Positions 20,012 through 29,185 of a stretch of DNA of 64,000 bases are shown here, piece after piece. Source of the stretch: Candidatus Iainarchaeum sp. (GTDB taxonomy: Archaea; Iainarchaeota; Iainarchaeia; Iainarchaeales; UBA10219); contig JAGVWE010000006.1 of the NCBI GenBank assembly GCA_018304425.1, positions 71,281 through 135,280 on the forward strand. Direction: 5' to 3'. The notes under the pieces were generated by a model. The model had not been told where the DNA came from. It made no database searches and saw only the letters and a list, made by a program, of their open reading frames with translations. The translations under genes and the position numbers were made by a program. The number at the start of each line of letters is the position of its first letter. Position 1 is the stretch's first letter.

Positions 20012-20559
20012 TTTCCTTCACGTCCCACGATCCAGGCAACGGCGGCCGGCAAATCCGCGCACTCGAAGTCGGCCCTGGCTTCGGCCTGACAATCCAGGCC
20101 AGCGTGCCCGGTCGCCTCTTTTCCGGCCAGGATGTCGCGGGCCATGTCCCCCACCAGATAGGAAGCCCGTAAATCGAGGTCATGCGCCTTGGCTGCCTGT
20201 TTTAGCATGCCTGGCTTGGGTTTGCGGCAATCGCAGTCCAACCGGTATGCTTCGACTTCGGCCAGGGTGGAGTGCGGGCAGTAGTAGAAGCCATCGATTT
20301 TCCCGCCCTCCCCTGCCACCAGCTTCCGGAGGCGGTCGTTGATGGCCCTTACCTCTTTTTCCGTGCACAGGCCGCGCGCCACCACGGGCTGATTCGAGAC
20401 GACCAGCACCTTGAAACCGGACTTATTGAGGACGGCAATGGCTTTGCCTGCGCCGGGCAGCAGCCGGAGCGCGGCCGGCTCGTGGAGGAGGTGGACTTCC
20501 TCGTTGATGGTGCCATCGCGGTCCAGGAAAACAGCGCGATTCAAGACGGCGCGGTTCAT
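20008..20559 (-). CDS. gmhB: D,D-heptose-1,7-bisphosphate phosphatase
   Basis: FLDRDGTIN, VSNQ, YCPH, CDCRKPKPGM, VGD. Confidence 0.85.
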   Translation of the reverse strand: MNRAVLNRAVFLDRDGTINEEVHLLHEPAALRLLPGAGKAIAVLNKSGFKVLVVSNQPVVARGLCTEKEVRAINDRLRKLVAGEGGKIDGFYYCPHSTLAEVEAYRLDCDCRKPKPGMLKQAAKAHDLDLRASYLVGDMARDILAGKEATGHAGLDCQAEARADFECADLPAAVAWIVGREGK

Positions 20560-21114
20560 CTACATCAATTCCCTGATGCGTTGCATCATCAGGTGGTCCA
20601 GCACCAGGTGCAGGTCCTCGCAGGGGCCGTACTCGTGGCTGGGCACGACGATGCTCAGGTCGGCCAACGGCTTCAACTTGCCGCCGCCGAAACCGGTCCA
20701 GGCGACGGTCTTCGCGCCCCGTTCCTTGGCGTACTCCACGGCTTTCAAGACGTTGGGGCTGTTGCCGGACGCCGAAATCGCGAGGACCACGTCCCCTTTT
20801 TGCAGGAAATTCTTCAAGGGCTCGACGAAAATGTCTTCATAGCTTGAATCGTTGCCCCACGCGGTCATCAGGGGAACGTTGTCGTTCAGGCAGATGGCCT
20901 TGAAGCGCGGCTTGCCGGGGAGGAGGCAGCCCTTGTTCAAGTCGTTGGCGACGTGGGAGGCGGTGGCCGCGCTGCCTCCGTTGCCGAAGACGAAGACCTG
21001 GTGGCCTGCCTGGCAGGCCTGCAGCAGGGCCTGGATGCAGGCATCGATGTCCTTGCAGGGCAGGCCGTCGATGACCTTTTTCAGGTTCTCTAAATAGGCT
21101 TGGGTTGAAACCAT
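20560..21114 (-). CDS. gmhA: Sedoheptulose-7-phosphate isomerase
   Basis: GNGGSAATASH, GND, ISASGNSPNV, EDLH. Confidence 0.88.
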   Translation of the reverse strand: MVSTQAYLENLKKVIDGLPCKDIDACIQALLQACQAGHQVFVFGNGGSAATASHVANDLNKGCLLPGKPRFKAICLNDNVPLMTAWGNDSSYEDIFVEPLKNFLQKGDVVLAISASGNSPNVLKAVEYAKERGAKTVAWTGFGGGKLKPLADLSIVVPSHEYGPCEDLHLVLDHLMMQRIRELM

Positions 21115-21116
21115 GT

Positions 21117-22091
21117 TCAGTCCTCCTCGTAGACGATGCGGCTCCCCCCTTCTTCCAGGGAGAACGGCGTTTCCTTCAACGGCCTTAACGCCTGCCGCAA
21201 GGCGTTTTGCCGGCGTTTCTCACAGTAGAAGGCCAGGAAGCCCCCGTTGCCCGAGCCACAGATTTTGCCGCCCACCGCGCCGGCCTTGAGGGCCCGGGCA
21301 TAGTATTGGTCAATCAAGGGGTTGGAGACGTTGGCGGCCAGCCGCTTCTTGAGCAGCCAGTTCTTGTGCAAGAGGTTCCCGAACCGCGTGAGGTCATCGG
21401 CGTGCAATGCATCATAGGCGTCGTAGGCCAGCGCCTTCAGGAGGTGCAGGAACACGAGGTTTTTCTTCGTGTTCTTTTTCTGTTTGGCGAGCACGCTCTT
21501 GGAGTCGCGGGTGAGGCCGGTGAAGAAGAGCAGGAGGTTCGCGTCGAGTTCGCGCAGGGAGTTCTTCGAGCAGCGCACGGGATGCACGGAAACCGTTTCA
21601 TCGGGGTTGAATTCGAAGAGGTTGAGGCCGCCGAAGGCCGCGGCGTACTGGTCCTGCTTGCCGATGGGTTCGCGGAGCAGGCCGATTTCGACGTGGCATG
21701 CCTGTTCGGCGAGGGACCGCGCTGGCTTTTTTTTCCCCTGGTAGGCGTGCAGGACGTTGAGGAGGCCCACGGCGAAGGAGCTGCTGCTGCCCAGGCCCGA
21801 GCCCTTGCTGGGGATGTCGGCCAGGGAAAGCAGTTCGATGCCGGAGTCGATGCCCGCGGCCTTCATGCAGGCGTTGAACAACGGGTGCCTGACCTGCTGG
21901 CGCCGGTCGATGATTTCGGTCTGCGAGTACCCGAGGCGGATGCCTTTCTCGAAGCGCTTGTTGGCGATGAGGTAAACGTATTGGTCGATGGCCGTGCTCA
22001 GGACCGCGCCGCCGTGCCTCGCGTAATAGTCTTTGAAGTCGGTGCCGCCACCGCAAAAGCTTATCCTCAAGGGCGTCCTACTGGCGATCAA
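21117..22091 (-). CDS. hddA: D-glycero-alpha-D-manno-heptose-7-phosphate kinase (GHMP)
   Basis: TPLRISFCGGGTD, GSGLGSSS, GKQDQY, GKICGSGNGG. Confidence 0.85.
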   Translation of the reverse strand: MIASRTPLRISFCGGGTDFKDYYARHGGAVLSTAIDQYVYLIANKRFEKGIRLGYSQTEIIDRRQQVRHPLFNACMKAAGIDSGIELLSLADIPSKGSGLGSSSSFAVGLLNVLHAYQGKKKPARSLAEQACHVEIGLLREPIGKQDQYAAAFGGLNLFEFNPDETVSVHPVRCSKNSLRELDANLLLFFTGLTRDSKSVLAKQKKNTKKNLVFLHLLKALAYDAYDALHADDLTRFGNLLHKNWLLKKRLAANVSNPLIDQYYARALKAGAVGGKICGSGNGGFLAFYCEKRRQNALRQALRPLKETPFSLEEGGSRIVYEED

Positions 22092-22797
22092 GGCCGAATT
22101 CCTCCTTTACCTGCTTATACCGTTCGAGGGTGCCGATGTCCCGCATATAGTCTGTTGAAACAAAGCCATATAATGGTTTACTGGCCCCCTTTGCGGCTGC
22201 CTTCACGAGGGCGGGGAAGACGTCGCGGCCGAAGTCCAGGGGAGTGGCATGGGGAATGCCCTTGAAGATGGCGGGTTCCAGGACGTAGCAGCCCGCATTG
22301 GTGAGACCCCCGAGCACGGCAGCTGCCTTGCGGCCGAAGAACGTGATGCGGTTTTGGGAGTCGAGTTCGGCGAGGTCGCTGTCTGCCGGGTGGTCGGAGG
22401 GGTGGAGGACGAGCGAGGCCAGGCCCCCGTGTTCCTGGTGGAAGGCGATGAGCTTGGAGTAATCGAGTCGGCTGGCGACGTCGCCGTAGACGACAAGGAA
22501 GGTTTCCCCTGGCTGGGATTCGAGTTGCCGGACGCTGCCCGCGGTGCCGAGGAATTCCGGGTCCACCGAGTACGTGATGTGGGCCTTGAACCGTTCCCCG
22601 TAGCCGAAGTAGTCGGAGATTTTTTCGCGCTGGTGGGAAACGCATAAGAGGAGGTCTTGGATGCCGTGCCGGACCAGTCCTTCCACGAGCCACTCAAGCA
22701 GGGGCTTGCCGGCCACGGGCAGCATGACTTTGGGCGTGTCCTGGGTCAGGGGCCTCAACCGTTCCCCCTTTCCTCCCGCGAGGATGACGGCTTTCAT
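22078..22797 (-). CDS. Sugar-1-phosphate guanylyltransferase (HddC-like)
   Basis: ILAGGKGERLRPLT..PK, YGD, DIGT; co-transcribed with hddA-gmhA-gmhB. Confidence 0.8.
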   Translation of the reverse strand: MKAVILAGGKGERLRPLTQDTPKVMLPVAGKPLLEWLVEGLVRHGIQDLLLCVSHQREKISDYFGYGERFKAHITYSVDPEFLGTAGSVRQLESQPGETFLVVYGDVASRLDYSKLIAFHQEHGGLASLVLHPSDHPADSDLAELDSQNRITFFGRKAAAVLGGLTNAGCYVLEPAIFKGIPHATPLDFGRDVFPALVKAAAKGASKPLYGFVSTDYMRDIGTLERYKQVKEEFGLDRQ

Positions 22798-24401
22798 GGC
22801 TTTGCCTCCGGCCGGGCGAAGGCCTGCAGGAACCGGCCGACGCGGCCGATGCGGGCGAACAACTGCCCGTCCTGCCGGGGAAAGGGCTTCAGGTAGAGGG
22901 AAACCGCGGCGTAAACGCCGGCAGCCACCAGGACGAGGAACAGGAGGCTGGACAGGGAATGGACCTGGTCCCTGAACAGGTAAACAAACAAGCCCATGCC
23001 CAGGGTGGCCGCGAGGGTCGCACTCAAATCGCGGAAGGGGATGCGGAGCCGGACTTTTCGCCGGGTGAGGAAGAACTCGAGGAGCATCATGACCAGGAAA
23101 CCGGCCGCGTTCACCAAGGCAACCGTGAGGATGCCTTGCCCGGACTGGAGGAGGAGGACGTTGGCCGCGGTGGTGACGAGGAAAACCGTTTTCGCGTAGA
23201 GCCCGATTTCCGGGCGTTCAATCGTGTTGTAGATGTTGACGATGGAGTGCCGGAAGGAAAGCAGGCCGTGGGAGACGGCTGCCACGATGAAGACGTTGAC
23301 GGCCACCAGGTATTTGGGGTCGAACACGAATTGAATGGTTTGGGGCGCGAGCAGGACGAGGCCCAGCAGGGTGGGGAAGACGAAGAAGGCCGTGAACCGC
23401 GAATAGGCTTGGAAGAAGTATTCGAGTTCGCCGAGGTTCTTGGACTGGGTGAAGCGTTTGACGACCGAGGGGAACACGACCAGGGCCGAGACCACGGCAG
23501 GGGAATAGGCCATGAGCACCTGGGGCATTTTCACGCCGAAGGAGTACCAGGCGATGGCGGTTGTGCCGGCGAAGTAGCCGATGAGGAGGTTGTCGATGGT
23601 GAGGTTGGTGACGAGTTCGCCGAGGTAGCTGAGCTGGCTGAAGGCCCCGTACCGTAGCACGCGCTTGAAGTCCGAGAACTTCGCGCCCAGGTCGGGGAGG
23701 TCGAGGAGCGCGGATTTCAGGGAGAGGAAGCCTATCGAGGCCGTCAGGAGGCTGGAGGCGAGGATGACGGCCAGTACGGTGCCCAGGGGCCCAACCGGCC
23801 CGGTGAGCCCAGTCGACCCCGTCAACCCGGCCAGCCCGGTCACGGAGAGGCCTTGGGAGAGGGCCAGGAACGCGAACACGAGGACGAACCCGGTGTAAAA
23901 CACGCGCATGACGGCGCGGGGCTTTTGCCGGAGCAGCGCGTTGAGCGTCCAGTCGAATACCCCGGTGAGGAGTTGGACGAAGTTGATGAAGGCGAAGAGC
24001 CACACGTAGAGGGGGTGGAAGCCCGTGCTCTTGAACACCGCGTTGAAGACGCCTGGGAACAGGCCCAGCAGCACCAGCACCAGCAACCCGTTGGCAAGGG
24101 TGAGCTTGACTGAAAAGCCGAAGAGGTCCTTGGCGGAGCGGTAGTTTTTTTTCGCCATGTAATCCGGGATGAACCGGGCCAGCGCGTAGAGGACCGCTCC
24201 CGAAACCAGTCCGAGGAAGGTGACCGTGCTGAAGAACAACGAGTAAATCCCGAACTCGTCCACGGGCAGGAACTTGATGAGGACCAGGGTCACGAGGAAC
24301 TGCAGGAGGATGCCGGCGTTGGCCGCCACGTAATTGAACAAGGCGCCTTTCGCCGTGCGCTGGTACAAATCGTCGAACTCGCCGTCCATGTCTAGTCTCA
24401 C
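22794..24401 (-). CDS. Oligosaccharide flippase (Wzx/MOP family)
   Basis: Many TM segments; EFGIY, D..LIGYF.G...AWY motifs. Confidence 0.85.
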   Translation of the reverse strand: MRLDMDGEFDDLYQRTAKGALFNYVAANAGILLQFLVTLVLIKFLPVDEFGIYSLFFSTVTFLGLVSGAVLYALARFIPDYMAKKNYRSAKDLFGFSVKLTLANGLLVLVLLGLFPGVFNAVFKSTGFHPLYVWLFAFINFVQLLTGVFDWTLNALLRQKPRAVMRVFYTGFVLVFAFLALSQGLSVTGLAGLTGSTGLTGPVGPLGTVLAVILASSLLTASIGFLSLKSALLDLPDLGAKFSDFKRVLRYGAFSQLSYLGELVTNLTIDNLLIGYFAGTTAIAWYSFGVKMPQVLMAYSPAVVSALVVFPSVVKRFTQSKNLGELEYFFQAYSRFTAFFVFPTLLGLVLLAPQTIQFVFDPKYLVAVNVFIVAAVSHGLLSFRHSIVNIYNTIERPEIGLYAKTVFLVTTAANVLLLQSGQGILTVALVNAAGFLVMMLLEFFLTRRKVRLRIPFRDLSATLAATLGMGLFVYLFRDQVHSLSSLLFLVLVAAGVYAAVSLYLKPFPRQDGQLFARIGRVGRFLQAFARPEAKP

Positions 24402-25681
24402 CTCCCGATGCCCTTGTACCGGATGCCGGCGGCAAGGATGCCTTCCTTGTCCAGGGCATTGCGGGCATCGAAGACCGCTTTCACGTTCCAGGCTTTCAGT
24501 TGCCGGGGGGAAAGGCTTTTGACGAAGGAACGGTGGTTGGTGGCGAGGAGGACGCAGTCGGCTCCCTGCACGGCTTCTTCGAGGGAACGGACATTGCTTT
24601 TGCCGGGGACGAACGGGTCGAAGGCCTTGAGGGACTTGTTCTTGGCGGACAACAAGCGCAGGATTTCCAGGGCCGGGCTCTCCCGCACGTCATCCACGTC
24701 CGCCTTATAGGAAAGGCCTAAAAGGGCCAGGTGGGCGGTTTCAACGGGTTTGCCGAGGCTGGCCAGCAGTTGCTCGACGAGGGAAACCGCGTAGACGGGC
24801 ATGGCGTTGTTCAGGGAGCGCGCCAGCGAGACAAACCGGTGCTCGAAACCCTTTTCCCGTGCGCGCTCGATGAGGTAATACGGGTCCTTGGGGATGCACG
24901 TTCCCCCGACTCCCGGCCCGGGATAAAAGGGCATGAAGCCGAATGGTTTCGTGGAACAACCCTTGATGACCTCCAAGACGTCGATGCCGAGCTTGTCAAA
25001 GGACATCGCAATCTCGTTGATGAACGCGATGTTCACGTCCCGAAAGGTGTTCTCCATGATTTTCACGGCTTCCGCGGCCTTGATGGAGTTCAAGGGGGTT
25101 ACGCTGGCCGCCAGGATTTTCCGGTAGAATTTCACGGCCTCGGTCGTCGAGTGTTCGTCGACGCCGCCGACGACCCGTGGGATGTTTTCAAGTGCGAACT
25201 CCTGGTTGCCGGGGTCGATGCGTTCCGGGCAGTGCACGAGCCCGAAATCCTTTCCGGCCCTGAGGCCGCTTTGCTCGAGCAGGGGTTTCACGATTTCATC
25301 CGTGACCCCGGGATACACCGTGGACTCGATGACGACCAGCATGCCTTTCCGGAGATGCCGGGCAAGGGTCCGGCAAGCCGATTCCACGAAGCCCAGGTCG
25401 GGGTGCTTGTCTTGCGTGACGGGGGTTGGGACGCAGACCAGGACGATGTCCGCCCCTGAAAGCGCGAGCCCCGCGTCACCGGTGGCAAGCAGTTTCCCTT
25501 TCACGGCCTTGACTGCCTTGATTAAAGCGGGGTCCCGGATGTGGCTCTTGCCTTGATTGACCTGGTCTACCACCCTGGGATTGAGTTCAAGGCCATGGGT
25601 TTTGAAGCCCTTTTTGGCTACCAGGCAGGCCACCGGCAGCCCCACATACCCCAGCCCCATGACAGCCACGGTTTTCGGCAT
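24398..25681 (-). CDS. UDP-HexNAc 6-dehydrogenase (WecC/WbpA family)
   Basis: GLGYVG, CVPTP, ESTVYPG, PERIDPG, KIMENTFRDVNIA, GPGVGGTC. Confidence 0.9.
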   Translation of the reverse strand: MPKTVAVMGLGYVGLPVACLVAKKGFKTHGLELNPRVVDQVNQGKSHIRDPALIKAVKAVKGKLLATGDAGLALSGADIVLVCVPTPVTQDKHPDLGFVESACRTLARHLRKGMLVVIESTVYPGVTDEIVKPLLEQSGLRAGKDFGLVHCPERIDPGNQEFALENIPRVVGGVDEHSTTEAVKFYRKILAASVTPLNSIKAAEAVKIMENTFRDVNIAFINEIAMSFDKLGIDVLEVIKGCSTKPFGFMPFYPGPGVGGTCIPKDPYYLIERAREKGFEHRFVSLARSLNNAMPVYAVSLVEQLLASLGKPVETAHLALLGLSYKADVDDVRESPALEILRLLSAKNKSLKAFDPFVPGKSNVRSLEEAVQGADCVLLATNHRSFVKSLSPRQLKAWNVKAVFDARNALDKEGILAAGIRYKGIGR

Positions 25682-25771
25682 AAAATCCCGTTAACCCCCA
25701 AATAACAGCAGAATAAGCTAAATAATCATTGCATATATTTTTAAAGGCGTAAACCGGACAATCGTGAAACC

Positions 25772-27274
25772 ATGCCCCTGCCCCGCTTGCACCCTGGACT
25801 CGTTCCCTTGATTGCCGCCGCGGCAACCGTGTTGCTTTCGCTGGGGTTCCTGCAGGCCCGGCCGTTCCCCGACGAAGGCATCTTCGTGACCGGCGGCTGG
25901 CTGGCCAGCCAGGGCCTGCTGCCGTACCGGGACTTCTTCGACATCCACAGCCCCGGCATTTTCTTCGTGCTGGGAAGCTTTTACCGGCTGCTTGGCTCCG
26001 GCCTGGGCCTCGACCTGGCGGGCATGGACTTCCTCTTGGCAGGCCGCTTGCTGGCCGTGCTCGTGAACGCGGCCACCCTCCTAGCCATCTATTTCCTGGC
26101 CCGCAAAATATTCGACGCCTGGACGGGAGCCCTGGCCGTGGTCCTGCACGCGGTCTGGCTGCCGGTCTTCTACGGTTTCTGGGCGGTGATTGAGCCGTTC
26201 ACGGCCTTCTTCTCGGCGCTGTCCGTGCTGGCCCTGCACCGGGTGGTGGCCGAAAAACGACGCGAGCCCCTGGACCTGCTCTGGTTGGGCCTCGCCCTGG
26301 GCTTCACCCTGGTGTTCAAGCAGACGCTCCTGGTCTTCGTGGCCGCCATGGTCTTGGTTGCCGCGGCCTACCTCATCGCCTACCGGCAGACCCGGCACCT
26401 GGTTTCCCTCAAGACCCTGGCAGCCGTGGCCGGCTTGGCGACGCCGCTCCTGCTGGTGTTGTTGCCCTATGCCTTGTCCAATGCCTTGCCGGCCCTCATG
26501 CAACAGACCCTTTCCTATGCCGTGGAAAACGCGGGGCTGTTGTCGAACCCAGGCCTCAAAGCCGAGTACCTGGCGGTGCCCCTGCTGTTGTTCTTTTTCA
26601 CGCCACTGGGCTTTTACTGGGCGGCAAGGAAGGGCTTGAACCCCTTCGACTCGGCATTCTGGGAACGCGTCATCCTGTTTGCCTGGCTGCTTTCCACCCT
26701 GCCCAACCTCTTTCCGTTCGTGGGCTGCTGCCACCATCTCCTGCCCTTGTCTCCGCCGGCGGCCATCATTTCCGCGGGCGTGGTCATGAAAATCATGGGC
26801 AACCATTATCCGCGGCTGAAAAAAGTGGCCTTCCTCGCGTTGTTGCTGGTCCTGGCCTTGAACGCCTTCGTCGCCCTCCGCTTGGTGGGCAAGGACGAGT
26901 TCAAGGGCGTGAAAGAAGTCGCGGCCTTCCTCCAGGCGAATTCCACGCAGCGGGACCGGATTTTCGTGGTGCACGATGACCCCGAAGTCTACTTCCTCGC
27001 CCAACGGCTGCCGGCCACGAAATACATCTACTATCCCTTCCTTTCACCGCAGGGATTCCAGGGGATGCAGGCCGAAATCAAGGCGGACCTCCAGGCGTTC
27101 AAACCCTGGTTTGTGGTGGACTTCTCCGGCACCGGTGAGCCCTTGAACCCCGCGCGGAACGCGGAAGCCGAGCAATGGGTGCTCGACGAGTACGATAAAG
27201 TCAAGACCTTCGAGTTCGAGTCGCGCTACAACGACTACTACCGGTACGCGTACGTGTACCAACGGAAGGGATAG
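25772..27274 (+). CDS. GT-C (PMT/ArnT-like) glycosyltransferase
   Basis: DEGIF...LPYRDFFD..PG...E...KQ; multi-TM. Confidence 0.8.
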   Translation: MPLPRLHPGLVPLIAAAATVLLSLGFLQARPFPDEGIFVTGGWLASQGLLPYRDFFDIHSPGIFFVLGSFYRLLGSGLGLDLAGMDFLLAGRLLAVLVNAATLLAIYFLARKIFDAWTGALAVVLHAVWLPVFYGFWAVIEPFTAFFSALSVLALHRVVAEKRREPLDLLWLGLALGFTLVFKQTLLVFVAAMVLVAAAYLIAYRQTRHLVSLKTLAAVAGLATPLLLVLLPYALSNALPALMQQTLSYAVENAGLLSNPGLKAEYLAVPLLLFFFTPLGFYWAARKGLNPFDSAFWERVILFAWLLSTLPNLFPFVGCCHHLLPLSPPAAIISAGVVMKIMGNHYPRLKKVAFLALLLVLALNAFVALRLVGKDEFKGVKEVAAFLQANSTQRDRIFVVHDDPEVYFLAQRLPATKYIYYPFLSPQGFQGMQAEIKADLQAFKPWFVVDFSGTGEPLNPARNAEAEQWVLDEYDKVKTFEFESRYNDYYRYAYVYQRKG

Positions 27275-27344
27275 CCAAGCGGTTCAAGAAGCGGATGCTG
27301 CGGTGACTGTAGGCTTTAATGCGACTTCGTGCCTAAAGTAGTTG

Positions 27345-27512
27345 GTGGTGCAAGTGGTCAAAGCGCGCTCGATAATGGAATTATTTGGGACTATAAAAGA
27401 CCCAAAAATGACTACTCAAGAGTTCAAGGACGAATTGAGGCGGGTTGAAGCCGCCAGCGAACGAAGGCGTTTCGGGTCGCTTCGAAAAAAGAAAAGTCGG
27501 CCACGTAGGTAA
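27345..27512 (+). CDS. Small basic ORF (55 aa), possible antitoxin remnant
   Basis: GTG start: MVQVVKARSIMELFGTIKDPKMTTQEFKDELRR...; TTTAAT about 30 nt upstream; below the ORF-track cutoff. Confidence 0.4.
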   Translation: MVQVVKARSIMELFGTIKDPKMTTQEFKDELRRVEAASERRRFGSLRKKKSRPRR

Positions 27513-27526
27513 TGTTTGGTAGACGT

Positions 27527-28216
27527 TCAGATTTTCAACCGCAACTCGACCAGGTCGGAGAGCATGCGGAGGTTGTTGAGGCCGAGCCGCATCTTAGAGC
27601 CCTCAACGTGGCCCCACTCAATGGGAATGGTTTTGAGCTGGTAGCCCTTGCGCTTGAGGCGGTACAGCCATTCGACGTCGAAAATCCAGCCATCCGAGAC
27701 CAACTCATTGGCCAGTTCCCGGGCCAGGGGCCTGGAAAGGCCCTTAAACCCGCATAACGCGTCGTAAAAGCCGATGGGAAACAAGAGGTTCACGAGGAAG
27801 TTGAAGGCCTTCCCGAGCAGGATGCGGCGCAGGGGCTGGGAGACCACGATGCGCGTCCCCGGCTCCTTGCGGGAAGCCACGACCACCGGGTTCGCCTGGA
27901 GCGCGGCCTCCATCTTGTCGAGTTCCCTGGCGGGAGTGGAGCCGTCCGCGTCCATGAAGACCACACCCGCGTTTTTGGCGGCCGCGTAGCCCGTGCGGAT
28001 GGCCGCGCCCTTGCCCCTGTTTTTTTCGTGGCGCAGCAGCACGACGTCCTTGCCGAGTTTTTTGACGACGTCAACCGTCTTATCCTTGCTGCCGTCGTCG
28101 ACGACGATGAGCTCGACGGGGTAGGCCGCGCGCCGCTTGAAGGCCACAAGCTCGGAGAGAAAGGGCTGGATCCGGGTTTCCTCGTTGTAGGCCGGGATGA
28201 TGACGGATAGCGCCAT
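27527..28216 (-). CDS. Dolichyl/polyprenyl-phosphate glycosyltransferase (GT2)
   Basis: SVIIPAYNEE, DDGSKD, NRGKG, MDADG, DALCGFK, FDVE. Confidence 0.88.
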   Translation of the reverse strand: MALSVIIPAYNEETRIQPFLSELVAFKRRAAYPVELIVVDDGSKDKTVDVVKKLGKDVVLLRHEKNRGKGAAIRTGYAAAKNAGVVFMDADGSTPARELDKMEAALQANPVVVASRKEPGTRIVVSQPLRRILLGKAFNFLVNLLFPIGFYDALCGFKGLSRPLARELANELVSDGWIFDVEWLYRLKRKGYQLKTIPIEWGHVEGSKMRLGLNNLRMLSDLVELRLKI

Positions 28217-28233
28217 GGGAATGCCCTCACACC

Positions 28234-29184
28234 TCACACCAGTTGCTGCCGGAAGTAATCAATCGTGAGCCCTAACCCCTCGTCCAGGGAAACCCTTGGC
28301 CTCCACCGGAGTTCGCGCCGGGCCTTGGAGATGTCCGGCTTCCTCCGGGTCGGGTCGTCTTCGGGCAGCGGCTTGAAAACGATTCGGCTCTTCGAGCCGG
28401 ATAGTTTCCTTATTTTTTTCGCGAAGGCGAGCACCGTGAACTCGGCGGGGTTGCCGAGGTTGGTGGGCCCGGGAAACCGGGAGTTCATCAAGGAGTGGAG
28501 GCCTTTCACGAGGTCCGAGACAAAGCAGAAGGAGCGGGTCTGGCGGCCATCCCCGTAAACCGTCAGGGGCTGGCCTAAAACGGCTTGCTTGACCAGGTTC
28601 GGCACGACTCTCCCGTCTTTTAGGTCCATGCGCGGCCCATAGGTGTTGAAGATGCGCGCAATCCGGGTCTCCACCTTGAAGCGCCTCCGGTACACCATGA
28701 CCAGGGCTTCCGCGTACCGCTTGCTCTCGTCATAGCAGGAACGCAAGCCGATGGGGTTGACGTTGCCCCAGTAGTCCTCGCGCTGGGGATGCACTTTTGG
28801 GTCGCCGTAGACTTCCGAAGTCGAAGCCTGCAGGAAGCGCGCACGGTTCCTGAGGGCAAGGTCCAGCATGTTCTTGACGCCGTACGAACCGACCAGAATG
28901 GTTTCCAGGGGCTTCTTGTAATACCCCACCGGCGAAGCCGGCGAGGCCAGGTTGTAGACTTGCCTTAGTTTCACGCCGGGCTTGAAGGGCCGGGTGATGT
29001 CCTGCTTCCTGAACCTGAACCGGGGATGGCCCAGGAGGTGCGCGATGTTCCGCTTGTTGCCGGTAACAGTGTTGTCCACGCATAGCACGCGTTCGCCTCT
29101 CGCAACCAGGTAATCGCATAAGTGGGAGCCGATGAAACCCGCGCCCCCCGAAACCAATATCCACTTCGCCTTGCCAACCGCCAT
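28234..29184 (-). CDS. UDP-glucuronate decarboxylase (UDP-xylose synthase)
   Basis: LASPASP, STSEVYGDP, YWGNVNPIG.RSCYDESKR, DDP.RRKPDI. Confidence 0.92.
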   Translation of the reverse strand: MAVGKAKWILVSGGAGFIGSHLCDYLVARGERVLCVDNTVTGNKRNIAHLLGHPRFRFRKQDITRPFKPGVKLRQVYNLASPASPVGYYKKPLETILVGSYGVKNMLDLALRNRARFLQASTSEVYGDPKVHPQREDYWGNVNPIGLRSCYDESKRYAEALVMVYRRRFKVETRIARIFNTYGPRMDLKDGRVVPNLVKQAVLGQPLTVYGDGRQTRSFCFVSDLVKGLHSLMNSRFPGPTNLGNPAEFTVLAFAKKIRKLSGSKSRIVFKPLPEDDPTRRKPDISKARRELRWRPRVSLDEGLGLTIDYFRQQLV

Positions 29185-29185
29185 G

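Noticed and set aside
24890-24925. GGTC instead of GGHC in the WecC-like dehydrogenase as a sign of inactivation
   Set aside because: The catalytic Cys and all other motifs are intact.
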